A DNA stretch of 64,000 bases from Octopus vulgaris (lineage: Eukaryota). The stretch is taken from positions 160,456,001 through 160,520,000 of the forward strand of contig OX597815.1 of assembly GCA_951406725.2 (NCBI GenBank), in the 5' to 3' direction. Position 1 is the stretch's first letter, and each line of letters opens with the position of its first letter. The position numbers and the translations under genes are program-made. The notes below the pieces were generated by a model. That model searched no databases and was not told the origin of the DNA. It was given only the letters and a program-made list of their open reading frames with translations. Positions 27,740 through 39,221 of this stretch are shown piece after piece.

Positions 27740-28115
27740 ATTATCATCATCATCATCATCATCATCGTTTAGCGTCCGCTTTCCATGCTAGCATGGGTTA
27801 GACGGTTCAACTGGGGCCTGGGAAGCCAGAAGGCTGCACCAGGCCCAGTCTGATCTGGCAATGTTTCTATAGCTATATGCCCTTCCTAACGCCAACCACT
27901 CCGTGAGTGTAGTGGGTGCTTTTTATGTGCCACTGGCACGGAGGCCAGGTGAGGCTGGCAACGGCCACGATTGGATGATGCTTTTTACATGCCACCGGCA
28001 CGGAGGCCAGTGCTGGCAACGGCCACATTTGGATGGTTCTCTTACGTGCCACCGGCACTGGTATCACAACTACAATTTCCATTGATGTTGATCGATTTTG
28101 ATTTTGATTTTGATT
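27740..28115 (-). mobile_element. RTE-3'-derived element nested in the Dong-like remnant
   Basis: (ATC)n tail, gcccttcctaacgccaacc motif, 3 internal gccac(t/c)ggcac units. Confidence 0.85.
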
Positions 28116-28377
28116 AGCAACGAAATAAGCAAACAATGCAAGCAATGTAAGATCATAGACTTTGCAATACCACATGATAACAGAATGGATACCAAATATG
28201 TGTAAAAACTTGAGAAATATCAGGACCCAGCTAGAGAGTGGAAAAGCTTGTGGAAAACTGAGACAACAATTATGCTTGTTGTAATTGGTGCAGTTGGGAC
28301 AACACCCAGTCTACTAAGAGACCAAAAGATAATGGAATTAAGACCACATTGTCTGACCAGCAAAAAGCACCATCGTA

Positions 28378-28785
28378 TATTCTTTTCTACTCTGGGCACA
28401 AGGCCCGAAATTTTTAGGAAGGGGGACAGTAGATTAGATTGATCCCAGTACACAACCGGTACTTAATTTATAGACCCTCAAAGTATGAAAGGTAAAGTCA
28501 ACCTCAGTGGAATTTGATGAAATACTGCTAAGCATTTTGCTTAGCATGCTAATGTTTCTTATTTCTTTATTGCCCACAAGGAGCTAAACATAGAGGGGAC
28601 AAACAAGGACAGACAAATAGATTAAGTCGATTACATCGACCCCAGCGCGTAACTAGTACTTAATTTATCAACCCCAAAAGGATGAAAGGCAACCTCAGCA
28701 GAATTTGAACTCAGAATGTAATGGCAGATGAAATACCGCTAAGTATTTCGCCCGGTGTGCTAATGTTTCTGCCACCTTGCTGCCT
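28378..28785 (-). mobile_element. Two adjacent SINE B copies (short-tail and B2)
   Basis: Two ggtacttaatttat...gaaagg(t/c)aa domains; the second has the B2 tail. Confidence 0.85.
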
Positions 28786-30169
28786 TTACCATCCTATATA
28801 CTGCAAGAATCCTGAGAAAGATTCATGTGATTGAGGAGATATTTTGTCGCTAAATATCAAGATAACATTCCTTATAATTAAATTAGCATGTAATAGCTTT
28901 GGGATTTTTTTTTTATTTCTTTCACTTGTTTCAGTCACTTGACTGTGGCCATACTGGAGCACTACCTTTAATCGAACAAATGGACTCCAGGACTTAATCT
29001 TTGTAAGCCTGGTACTTATTCTATCGGTCTCTTTTGCTGAACTGCTTTTTTTATCATTAGCCATAAGGGCTTCAGAGAGATATGTATAAATATGAAGGGA
29101 AACTAACCAAGGGATTTACATAGAAAATGTGTTGGATAGAGACAGATAAGTTATACAATGACAAAGAGAGAGCTGAAAGATGTTATTCAGTATACAAAGA
29201 GATGGTTAAAATAATTTTAAGCAAGTAATTGGTGAAGTTTGAGAGGATTATCATCTCATCTCTACCCACTAGCCATTGTTTGTATTGCAGTCTTGTGCAC
29301 TCAAAAGCTCCAGTTAACATTTTTTGAGTTATTTGGTGTTGCAAAAAAAAAACTAAAAGAACTTGCTTTTTGTGGGCAGTATATGGCCCTTTTCAAATAC
29401 AAGTGCTTAAAATATACTGATGAGTATTTTAGTCTGTTATAGTGTTATAATATTTTTTTTATTAATGATCTGTCTTTTGCATTTTGTCTGTATTCCAAAT
29501 ATAACTGTACTTGTGATAGTTTTACCTCATTAAAAAATCCATGATGCCATAGATGTGTGATTTTATCTATAAGTTGTCTGATTTTCAAATGATTGTAAAT
29601 CTGTTCCTCATCCTCCTCATCATTTACTTCATTTTCTTTTTGTGTTTTTTTGGACTGGATCCTGGGACAGCTCTCCAATATACTAGCTTCAGTCAAACCA
29701 TATAACCCATACTAGAATGGAAAATTGACGTTAAATAATGATGGTGATGATGGTATCATTGTTGTTTTGTGAAAATTGTTCACATCTTCATCTGTTTTAG
29801 TTCTTTTAGATTTTGATTTCACATTTTTGAAATCTTTTCTCTTTTTTTTTTTTCTTTACTGTTTTCTTTGACGTATATATTCCTCAGAAACCATTGTTTC
29901 TTGCTCATCACATGACAATGCTATTCATTGCAAATTTTAGGTGGTGGGAAAGCAATGAGCTGGCAGAATCATGAGCATATCAGACAAAATGCTTAGAGGC
30001 ATTTCATCTGTCTTTATGTTCTAAGTTCTAATTACACCGAGGTCATCTTTGCCTTTCATCCTTTCAGGGTTGATAAAATAAGTACCTGTTGAGCACCGGG
30101 GTTTATGTAATTGGCTTAATCCCTCCCTCAAGACTGCTCTCCTTGTGCCAAAATTTGACATCAATATTA

Positions 30170-31050
30170 AAAGGTGGGTGTTTACAGGCTTGTTTCTAGA
30201 ACTGAATATAAAGCAATTATTCAAGCCATTTTTGGAGTTTAGATTGGTGGTGCTCTATAAACAAAGATTTGCTGTTCATGTTGCTCTCTTGGTTGGTCGC
30301 CATACTTACATTTCTGGTTTTCTTGCCTAGTCTTTCTAGTTCTTCAGAGCAAGAGACTCTGAAGCAGTTCTAACCACAAAGCTTATTGGCCTGTATCATC
30401 AATTACATGCTCTGTATTTCAGCACCTGCAACAAGGCACTGTTCCAGAATAGCTCTGTGACCTTTGGGAGTTATTAGTACTAGCAAACCTATCTTGATAT
30501 TTTTACCCCATGTGTCTCCTCTTCTTAGCCATATTTTAAGCACTCGCTCATATTGTGATACCAAAGTGACAACCAGCAAAACACCGAAGTCTATGCTAAC
30601 ATCTTTTATTATTTTCAATCTTGTATTTTTTTGCACCATATACTGAAGCACAAATGTATGGAGATGGAAATACGTCTAGCAAATCCAGCCTATATTTTGG
30701 CTGAGCATTTTCTTTTGAATTTACAGGAAATAGTGCTATAAGATTTTCAGCTGAGAGGATTTCTTTCAAGATGCCCTGAAGCACTTGTCACTAAGGTTGA
30801 TTCCTATCATCAAGGTTCATTGAGATCTGTGTCGTTTTTTCTAAAGTATGGATGTATCAATTTTCTTTATTTTCTCTTGTACTAGATTCTGCAATAAAGA
30901 AACACTTAACAGAACTCTACCAACTAGTTTTTTTTCTTGGAAATGTGTTAAACTTGAAAATTCTATTTATTGTGTTTGAGGCACGATTAGTTTTAACACA
31001 GCTATTGTATGAATAATTTAAAGTACAAATACTGTCACTGTTGTTGTTAC
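30170..31050 (-). mobile_element. Highly decayed R4-like reverse transcriptase remnant
   Basis: Fragments QGIL...LIALFP, LKIIKDVSIDFG, EELERLGKKTR occur in the order expected from the intact copy at 37491. Confidence 0.45.
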
Positions 31051-31719
31051 TGTTGCTACCTTCATATCCATCTGTTAGATTGCTTCAAATATTCCTATAT
31101 AGTAATTATCTAAGTGTTCATTTTTTCTCCTTTTTGTTTATTCAAATGTGCATTTTGATTTCGGGTTTTTTTTTTTTATTAACAGCCACATTTGTGTGTG
31201 GTAGCTAGATTGAGAGTAAAAATGTTGTGCATGTAAATAAATAAAGAAAAGCCTACAAAAACAAATTTTTTTTTATTGTTTACTCTCCAGGTATCTAACG
31301 TAGGCTTTTCCCAGAGTATTATAATCTTTTTTAACGAGTCTTCTAAAGAAAATTTCATTTGATGATGATATAAAAGTGGTCTAGCTTCAGAGCAAAATAA
31401 ACAGATGTGTGCACACTTTGAGGATCAATGATAATATCAGCAGTGGAAGCAGTAGCTCAGCATTGACAACAATTATAATAATAGTAAACATTCTTTATTT
31501 GCTAGAAGCACAGTAAATGGGGTACATTACAAAGATAGATGGCAACAACAGTGAGAAGCTTACAGTGAATGTAAAAAGTTATGTTGAAAAAGAATATAAA
31601 TTAATATAAAATTATATTAAGTACATGTCCCAGAAGGATGAGAGTCAGTTTGATTGAAATAAGGCATCCTGCTTAACCTTAAATGTGCATCAACACAACT
31701 ATTTATTATTTATTATGGC

Positions 31720-31990
31720 TGGCTTCCAACCTGGACCACAGCAACAAAGTTCACCCAACACATTTCTTGGTTTATCATCACTGCCTCAAGGTCCTGGATA
31801 TGTTCCAGGTCAGTTTCTGCTTTCAAGTTGTTGATGTAAGTGTGATGACATTTTCTCTTCTTACATCACCATGAAGTGGGTCCCACAAGGACTGATTTGG
31901 ATGTTTCTTGATCAGAGTGATGCATGCAGTGACCAGATAGTCGCAGCTTTCTTTGCCTGATCTTCTCACTGACTTTCAGCAGGTCTCCTT
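31720..31990 (-). mobile_element. RTE-group LINE ORF C-terminal fragment
   Basis: GDLLKVSEKIRQRKLRLSGHCMHH...TYINNLKAETDL (I--RRL---GH--R pattern). Confidence 0.7.
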
Positions 31991-32245
31991 AAAGGCATTT
32001 ACTTGTCATGCGTTGCTACATCAACACAAGACCCAAGACATCATATTTGTAATTCCCTTGATAGAAAATGACAAATGCAAAACAACATTGGAATCATCCA
32101 GCCACAACTGACATGCTACATACACCTTCTTTCAGTGAATTTACTTGGAGGGTACTACCTCTTATGTGTATAGGGGAACTGATAAAGGGTTTCTACAGGT
32201 GGATGTTTAGTTTTACCACTGAATAAAGGTCACTAGTACACAATG

Positions 32246-32880
32246 TATTGGGTTATCCTGTAAATAAGGCAGTTTTTTTTAATACTTCTTTTATTTGCAG
32301 GATCCCTCTTCCAAAATTCAATTATCTGTGACTAAAAATACTCCTCCAGTACTGTTCTCCCCTCGTCTACAGAATTCATATTCTTTCTGTCCAAAAGATT
32401 TTGAAGACTGCAGAATAAATGATAATCAGATGGAGCAATGTCCAGCGAATATGGTGGATAGGGCATCGTTTCCCATTCAAACTGTTCCAGTCTTTGGAAT
32501 GTCATCCTTGCTGTATGTAGCCAAGCATTATCTTGATAGAAGAATACCTTTTGTCTTGAAATCAAAGATAGTCGTTTTTCTTCTAGCGCTGACTTAAGCC
32601 ACTCAAGCTGCTCGCAGTAGATCTCCTTTGTTATCATTTGGTTTGGGTTTAAAAGTTTGAAGTGGACTAAACCTTTCATATCCACCAAACAGATAACAAC
32701 ACCTCATGTGGGTGAAGACCTTTAGCTTGGCGTGCCAGTGTTTCTCCTTTCCCTAATCACTGTCTTTGGTGCTTCACATTTTCAAGAAGCAGTCTGGCCT
32801 AGATATGACTCGTCATTAGGCAAATCACAGTTCGAAAAAATTTCAATAAACATTATTTTTCTTGTGAAATTGGGTATGTC
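32246..32880 (-). mobile_element. Mariner (DD34D) transposase fragment with one TIR-like end
   Basis: ORF 32332-32688 has QDNA...PYSLDIAPSDYHLF with exactly 34 residues between the two Asp; terminus ta-ttgggttatcc. Confidence 0.9.
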
Positions 32881-32891
32881 ATTCAGAAAAT

Positions 32892-33120
32892 CTGTGGGCT
32901 GCATGTGGCTTGTAGGTTGCATGTGACCTGTGGGTTGCATGTGGCCTGTGGGCTACTAGTGGATTGTGAGCTGCATATGTGGTCTATGGGCTGCCTGTGG
33001 CCTGTGGGTTGCCTGTGGAATGAGGCTTGCATATTGCCTGTGGCCTACATGTGTCTTGTGGGCTACATATGCTACATGGTATTTGTGCTACATGTGGCTT
33101 ACATGTAGCATGTGTGGCAC
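32892..33120. repeat. 18-bp minisatellite (consensus ctgtgggctgcatgtggc), about 12 units
   Basis: Seen directly; degenerates distally. Confidence 0.85.
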
Positions 33121-34004
33121 AGTTTTCCCATGCCATGACTGGTTTGAACTTTAAATAGTTCCTCACTCAGAATTTACTTTTACTGCATGCATGTGTGCGG
33201 AGTTGGAGATGGATGGAATACTTTGATATCAAAAGAAAAGAAAAGAAGGAAAGAAAAAGAGCAAGGCAATTAATCAATTTATTCACATTTTTGCACATCT
33301 GATAATTTTGGATTTCTCACATAAATGAATAAGCTACCATTCTTGGCATGTCCACTTACATGATGAGAAGAGCCAAAAATGCAATATATTCATTTGGGAC
33401 TTCCCCTCAAATGATATATGTCTATTCTGACAGAATATGCACATACATAAATGTCTTGGTTGAAAATGTTGACAAATGCTTTAGAATTTATATGATGTAC
33501 ATTATGCAGAGAAAAAGGTAACAAGTTTTTACATAACTGATACTATCAATTCAATATATTTAAGTATTATGTACACGGATATGGCTGCCTATCTCTTAAG
33601 AGGCATTCTGACAGCTGTCAGAATACATAACTTACAGCTCTATCAAGGCCTTTGATAGACATAAGTTCCATATTGGTAACTTATGTAATAAAGAAGCAAT
33701 ACATATTAGATGCATGCAGATTAGCAATTGCCATGAGATTCCCCAAACAGCAGGCAGTTTACAACATGGTTTAAATATCACAACCTACATAGGCATACCA
33801 TGGCATGTCTTACTGTGCATATCAGAAGTTTTGTGGCCATTTGCAGTTTATAACCTATTTCAGATATTTCAGACATAATAAATTGCCTTTATTTCAATTA
33901 ATTTAAAGAATAATGAAGAAATGAGAATTAGGGTTGATAAGATTGACTAAAACCCTTCAAAACAGTGTTCCAGCATAGATAGAGTCTAATGAATAAAATA
34001 AATA

Positions 34005-34324
34005 GTGAAGGCACATGGCCTAGTGGTTAGAACAGCGAACTCGCGGTTGAGGGATCGCGGGTTCAAATCTCAGACCGATGTGTGTGTTTATGAGTGAAAC
34101 GCCTAAGCTCCATACGGCTCCAGCAGAAAGTAATGGCAAACTTCTGCTGACTCTTTTGCAACAACTTTCTCTCACTCTTTCCTCCTGCATCTTGCAGCTC
34201 ATCTGCGACGGACCGGCGTCCCATCAGGTGGGGAACCTATATGCCAAGGAAACCAGGAAACCAGCCCTTATGAGCCAGGCATGGCTCGAGAAGGAACAAA
34301 CAACTGTTCCTTCTAAAGGATGAG
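34005..34324 (+). mobile_element. tRNA-headed SINE, family C
   Basis: tggcctagtggttag A-box and ggttcaaatc B-box; TSD gaataaaataaata at 33991 and 34325. Confidence 0.9.
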
Positions 34325-34575
34325 GAATAAAATAAATAAAAGATTAAAAGAGAGACCTAATCTCTTACTTGTAAGCAAGTTTTATATTCTGCAAGCAATG
34401 GACTCTTCTATATTCCACAGCAGACTTAGCAACAAGTTTCCTTTGCAAATGAGAAGGGGTTTCTCGTCTATATCAACCATATCTCCTCTTGTCATGATAA
34501 CAATTTGTGATTTGGGATTCAGTCCCACTGTACAGCACCTTGGACAAATAACTTCTACTTTAGCCCTGGACTGAC

Positions 34576-34870
34576 CATCATCATCATCATCATCATCATT
34601 TAATGTCCGTTGTCCATACTGACATGAGTTGGACAGTTTGACCAGAACTGGCAAGCTGGGGAACTATACCAGGCTCCAGTCTGATTTGGCATTGTTTCTA
34701 TGGCTGGATGCCCTTCCTAATACCAACCACTTTACAGAGTGTGCTGGATGCTTTGCCATGGCACTTTTACACACAGGCACTTTTACATGGCACCGCATGG
34801 GCACTCTTATGTGGTGCTACACACTCACTTTGATGTGACACTCCATGAACACTTTTACATAGCACTGCCA
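34576..34870 (-). mobile_element. RTE-3'-derived element
   Basis: (ATC)n tail + ggctggatgcccttcctaa motif. Confidence 0.75.
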
Positions 34871-35018
34871 TGAATGCTTTTCACTATCAGAGGGACTGGT
34901 CTTAACACTTCCGCCAATGTTTTACAAGTGAATTTGACAGAGAGAAACTGTATGGAAGCCTGTTGCATATATGATGCCCCCTCCCTCAATATTGCTGGCC
35001 ATGTACCAAAATTTGAAA

Positions 35019-35052
<34 letters not shown>

Positions 35053-35314
35053 CATTTAGATTTGCTGTTGGATGGTTTGACAAGGAGCTGCTAGTAGGGA
35101 GCTGTCCAAACTCCAAGTGTCTGCTGTGGCATAGTTTCAATGGTGGGATGTCCTTTCTAATACCAGCAATTATATTATATTAACAATTATATTATTTTTA
35201 TATATCTAAATATTATTAGGGTAAGCAGTAAAGATCCCTTCAGTCATCAATAACCATGGGATACACCTAGAAAGTTCCCCTCCAAGGCACAAGACCGGGC
35301 AAGGTTGTATTTTT

Positions 35315-35546
35315 AAGGCAGCAAGCTAGTAGAAATGTTAGCATGCAGGGCGAAATGCTTAGCGGTATTTCGTCTACCGTTACATTCTGAGTTCAAATTC
35401 TGACGAGGTCGATTTTGCCTTTCATCCTTTCGGGGTCGATAAATTAAGTACCAGTTATGCACTGGGGTCGATGTAATCGACTTAATCCCTTTGTCTGTCC
35501 TTGTTTGTCCCCTCTATGTTTAGCTCATTGTGGGCAATAAAGAAAT
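35315..35546 (+). mobile_element. SINE B2 nested in a family-D-like element (35225-35770, minus)
   Basis: TSD aaggttgtattttt at 35301 and 35547. Confidence 0.9.
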
Positions 35547-36084
35547 AAGGTTGTATTTTTTATGGTAGACGAGCAGTCACCCATGCTTACCAGTATCACA
35601 TCTCCATGCCAACAATATTATCCAAGGTAAAGGCAAGGGCTAATACAGCTTGGCACCAGTGATATTGCAACTCATTTCTACAGCTGAATGAACTGGACCA
35701 ACATGAAATAAAGTGACCTGCTCAAGAACGCAACATAGACCCTGGTCCAAGGATCGAAATCACTACCTCATTATCATTAGGAATTGTATGAAAAAAATCT
35801 GTTAAAATATTTTGTGCGTTGTAGAAGTATAAATCAATTTATTGCATTTAGACTTTAACAACAAAATCCTATATAGAACCCCAAGAGTCATATGGAAACT
35901 TGTTGAGAAACATTGTTATAGGTGATTCAGTCAATCCAAGCACTTGATAGGTACTAATTTTATCAATGCTGGAAATATGCTGTGTAAAGTTGATTCAGTC
36001 AGGCCACTAATTAGAAACTCAAAGATACATAACTAACCACCACTATTCCCTATTGACTCTGCCATTTACCATTATTTCTAATAA

Positions 36085-36307
36085 TAATTCTTTCCACTAT
36101 AGGTCATAAGGCCTGAAATTTTGGAGGCAGGGGCTAGTCAAATACACTGACCCCAGTACTCAATTGCTACTTATTTTTATCAACCCCAAAAGGATTAAAA
36201 ACAAAGTCAACCTTCCTGGAATTTGAACTCAGAACATAAAAATAGATGAAACGATGAATGTATTTTGTCCTGCATGCTAATAATTCTGCCAACACACTGC
36301 CTTAGTA

Positions 36308-36345
<38 letters not shown>

Positions 36346-36529
36346 AATAATGATAACAATAGTAAAATTAATAATGGTTTCAAATATTCAACTGGTACTT
36401 ATTTTATCAAACCTGAAAGGATGCCAGGTAAAGCCGACCTCAGTGGAATTTGAACTCAGAGTGTGAATATGGACAAAATACCACTGAGCATTTTGCCCTG
36501 TGTGCTAACAATTCTGCCAGCTCACTGCC

Positions 36530-36532
<3 letters not shown>
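36085..36532 (-). mobile_element. Two tandem SINE B copies separated by (GAT)/(AAT) repeats
   Basis: Central domain present twice. Confidence 0.8.
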
Positions 36533-36617
<85 letters not shown>

Positions 36618-36673
36618 TAATAATAATAGACAAGATGAAGAGCACAATGTGATAGCAATAGATATTTTATTGG

Positions 36674-36716
36674 TTGAATGATATTTTGACAGCAAGCCTG
36701 TTGTTGTCAAGTTCAA
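36674..36716 (-). ncRNA. Minimal hammerhead ribozyme motif, U3-A8 core variant (decayed)
   Basis: ttgaac-TTGACAA-c-aacag(gcttg)ctgtc-AAAATAT-C-attcaa. Reverting three CpA to CpG restores stem II, G12 and stem I. Confidence 0.65.
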
Positions 36717-36893
36717 AATAAAAATTGATAAAAATTCAAAATTGTAGAAATTTAAATCTAAAGTATGAATGAGAGCAACCAGCATCTTCATTTTGGTGGA
36801 ATGACATAATCAGTCTTGAAGTTTCAATTTTATAACTGGCAAAAAGGAAAAGACAGAGAAAAAATGAAAGAAAAAAGAAGAGGAAAAGAATAT

Positions 36894-37226
36894 TTAATCA
36901 AACAGTTTTGTATAAATTTGACGAAATTCTACTGTCATTTTATTCATTCCTCCAGGGTGTGATGCTAATAACCCACAAGCATATTTCTCCTCGTGCATTT
37001 TGAGTATTGAAAGTGAAGGAGATTCAGAATATTTTCTAAGAATATGCACTTTCAAGTCTTTTTCAAAGTTGCAGTTGTTTGAAGCAAAATAATCAGCAAG
37101 TTCTGTCGAACAATTGTGATTGTGCCTGACATCATATCTGTTCCCATTAAACATCTTGTTTAATTGTTCTTTTGTACAACCAACATAAATCAAGTTGTGT
37201 TTTATGCATTCTGCCATATACACCAA
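36894..37226 (-). pseudogene. GIY-YIG endonuclease domain of a Penelope-like element
   Basis: LVY-AECIKHNLI-YVGCT...L-K(M)FNG(N)...ELA-YF...E...GMN; the conserved Arg and His positions appear mutated. Confidence 0.85.
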
Positions 37227-37240
37227 ATGGGAATCTCTGG

Positions 37241-37368
37241 TACTTAGTTTATCAAGCCTGAAAGGATGAAAGGCAAAGTAGCCCTCGACAGAATTTGAAC
37301 TCAGAATGTAAAGACTGACAAATTGCCACTAAGCATTTTCCCTGACGTACTTACGATTCTCCCTGCCC
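37241..37368 (-). mobile_element. SINE B (3' end lost)
   Basis: gaaaggatgaaaggcaaag...aatttgaactcagaa. Confidence 0.8.
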
Positions 37369-37439
<71 letters not shown>

Positions 37440-37490
37440 TAATAATAATAATAATAATAATGATGATAATAATAATAATAATAATAATAA
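37369..37490. repeat. (TAA)n microsatellite, target of the Dong-like insertion
   Basis: Seen directly; continues at 39222-39280. Confidence 0.95.
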
Positions 37491-38996
37491 CTAGCGATAG
37501 TCAAACAATTCAGTGACGACATCAGAATGCAATTCGGCCTCGATAAATGTGCAAAAGCTACCTTTATCAAAGGAAAAATGACAGAAACATCTAACGTTAA
37601 CCTTGACCAGCAGAATGTCATAAAAGAACTAGACCCAGCGGAGAGCTACAAGTACCTAGGGGTAATTGAAGGGAACGGAATAAGGCATTCAGAGATGAAG
37701 GAAAGGATCAGGAGAGAATGCTATCGAAGAGTGAGAGCAATACTCAAGACAGAGCTGAATGCAAGAAACAGGATCGAAGCGATCAATGCATTAGCTATAC
37801 CAGTCGTGACTTACAGTTTCAATATTGTTAACTGGTCAATTACTGAAATATGTCAGCTCGACAGAAAAATAAGGAAACTGTTGACAATGCATAGAATGCA
37901 CCACCCTAAGGCAGATACAGAACGACTCTATCTGCCAAGAAAAGAGGGAGGCCGTGGTCTTTTACAACTGGCAATAACAATGAAGATTGCTACAATTGGC
38001 CTAGACACCTACCTGAAAAACTCTGAGGACTGGATGTTAAAACTTGTCTCAAAACATGAAAACAAGAAAGCATCATACTCAGTCACAAAACAGGCAAAGG
38101 AATATCTAAGTGAATTCCGAATACAACCAATTTCGGAATTAGAGATAGACATACAAGAAACAAGCACAGAAAAAGCTAAGCGCATGAAAACCCGTGCCAA
38201 AACTGCGGCCTTAAATATTCTGAATAATAAATGGCAAGAAAAACCTCTCTATGGCAAATACCCAAAGAGAGCAAATAATGCAGATATTGACAAAGCCCTG
38301 ACTCATCAATGGTTAATGGCCTCTGGCTTAAAATCTGAAACAGAGGGGTTTATCATAGCAGCTCAAGATCAATGCCTACCAACAAGAAACTACCAGGCCA
38401 ACATATTAAAGAATGGCAGTAGCCCAACATGTCGTGTATGCCAACAACAAAATGAAACCATTGATCATGTTGTCTCCAAATGCAGTCTTCTAGCGCCTAC
38501 AGAGTACCTCAACAGGCATGATAGAGCTGCACAATATATTCACTGGGTAATTTGCAAAAACCTGGATTTGCCCCATGAAAAAAACTGGTGGGAACACAAT
38601 CCACCTCCAGTGCTTGAAAATGACCACATCTCACTCCTCTGGAACTTCACCATTCAAACTGACAGGAAGATAGATGCAAATAGGCCAGACATCATATTGA
38701 AAGACTTCAGACAAAGAACATGCCTCCTCATTGATATGACTGTCCCAATCGATATAAACGTATCTGTCAAGACCTACCAAAAACTGAGCAAATATAAAGA
38801 TCTTGAAATAGAAATCAGCAAAATGTGGAAGCTGAAGACTAAAACAATACCTGTTGTCATAGGTGCCCTGGGAATGATAGTGAAAGGGACTAATTGCTAC
38901 CTAACTCAGATACCAGGAAACCCCAAAATGGCAGAAATTCAAAAGATAGTGCTCATGGGAACTGCTCATATCCTACACAAAATACTCTCTATGTAA
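37491..38996 (+). CDS. Partial retrotransposon ORF: RT C-terminal/thumb, zinc knuckle, restriction-like endonuclease
   Basis: Open from the junction (LAIVKQFSDDIRMQFGLDKC); YKYLG, GGRGL, C-x2-C-x8-H-x4-C, RHD, RPD...D...K--KY. The catalytic YxDD is lost by truncation. Confidence 0.9.
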   Translation, partial: LAIVKQFSDDIRMQFGLDKCAKATFIKGKMTETSNVNLDQQNVIKELDPAESYKYLGVIEGNGIRHSEMKERIRRECYRRVRAILKTELNARNRIEAINALAIPVVTYSFNIVNWSITEICQLDRKIRKLLTMHRMHHPKADTERLYLPRKEGGRGLLQLAITMKIATIGLDTYLKNSEDWMLKLVSKHENKKASYSVTKQAKEYLSEFRIQPISELEIDIQETSTEKAKRMKTRAKTAALNILNNKWQEKPLYGKYPKRANNADIDKALTHQWLMASGLKSETEGFIIAAQDQCLPTRNYQANILKNGSSPTCRVCQQQNETIDHVVSKCSLLAPTEYLNRHDRAAQYIHWVICKNLDLPHEKNWWEHNPPPVLENDHISLLWNFTIQTDRKIDANRPDIILKDFRQRTCLLIDMTVPIDINVSVKTYQKLSKYKDLEIEISKMWKLKTKTIPVVIGALGMIVKGTNCYLTQIPGNPKMAEIQKIVLMGTAHILHKILSM

Positions 38997-39221
38997 TCCC
39001 AAGGTTTAAAACAAACTTTTTTTATTTATTTATTTATTTATTTATTTTATTTTATTTTATTTTATTTTTATGTATAAGACATTCACTAGTACAACACCAA
39101 AAAAAAAAAAAAGAAAAAAACCCAAATATATGGCACAGAACTTCCAACCTGTTGTCTCTTGAGGTCTCTGGGTGAGACTTGAAGCTAACTTGTACAGACA
39201 TAAAGCAAAAGTCAAACATAG
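37491..39221 (+). mobile_element. 5'-truncated R4/Dong-clade non-LTR retrotransposon in (TAA)n
   Basis: RT C-terminal part + CCHC + RLE, 225-bp 3' UTR, TAA repeats at both junctions. Confidence 0.93.

Larger units (their letters stand above)
27385..28870 (+). mobile_element. Decayed R4/Dong-type LINE 3' part split by nested inserts
   Basis: IKTNLIKAKI...SKCRICRKGDESVN, then after an insert CKIIDFAIPHD...KLEKYQD...LWK...VVIGAVG, and finally TILYTARILRK at ~28790-28825. Confidence 0.8.
36628..37240 (-). mobile_element. 5'-truncated Penelope-like element (GIY-YIG end + 3' UTR/pseudo-LTR) abutting (AAT)n
   Basis: C-terminal GIY-YIG ORF, downstream hammerhead motif and AATAAA. Confidence 0.85.

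Noticed and set aside
29416-29440. CTGATGA motif as a hammerhead (also 58614)
   Set aside because: No stem II or GAAA box follows.
32332-32688. Host SETMAR-like gene
   Set aside because: No SET domain or exon structure; truncated transposase fragment next to a TIR-like end.
34005-34080. tRNA gene (also 46870-46940, 48918-48990, 50025-50165)
   Set aside because: A/B boxes are present but the acceptor stem is incomplete and the sequence runs into a repeated SINE body, with TSDs for the family C copies.
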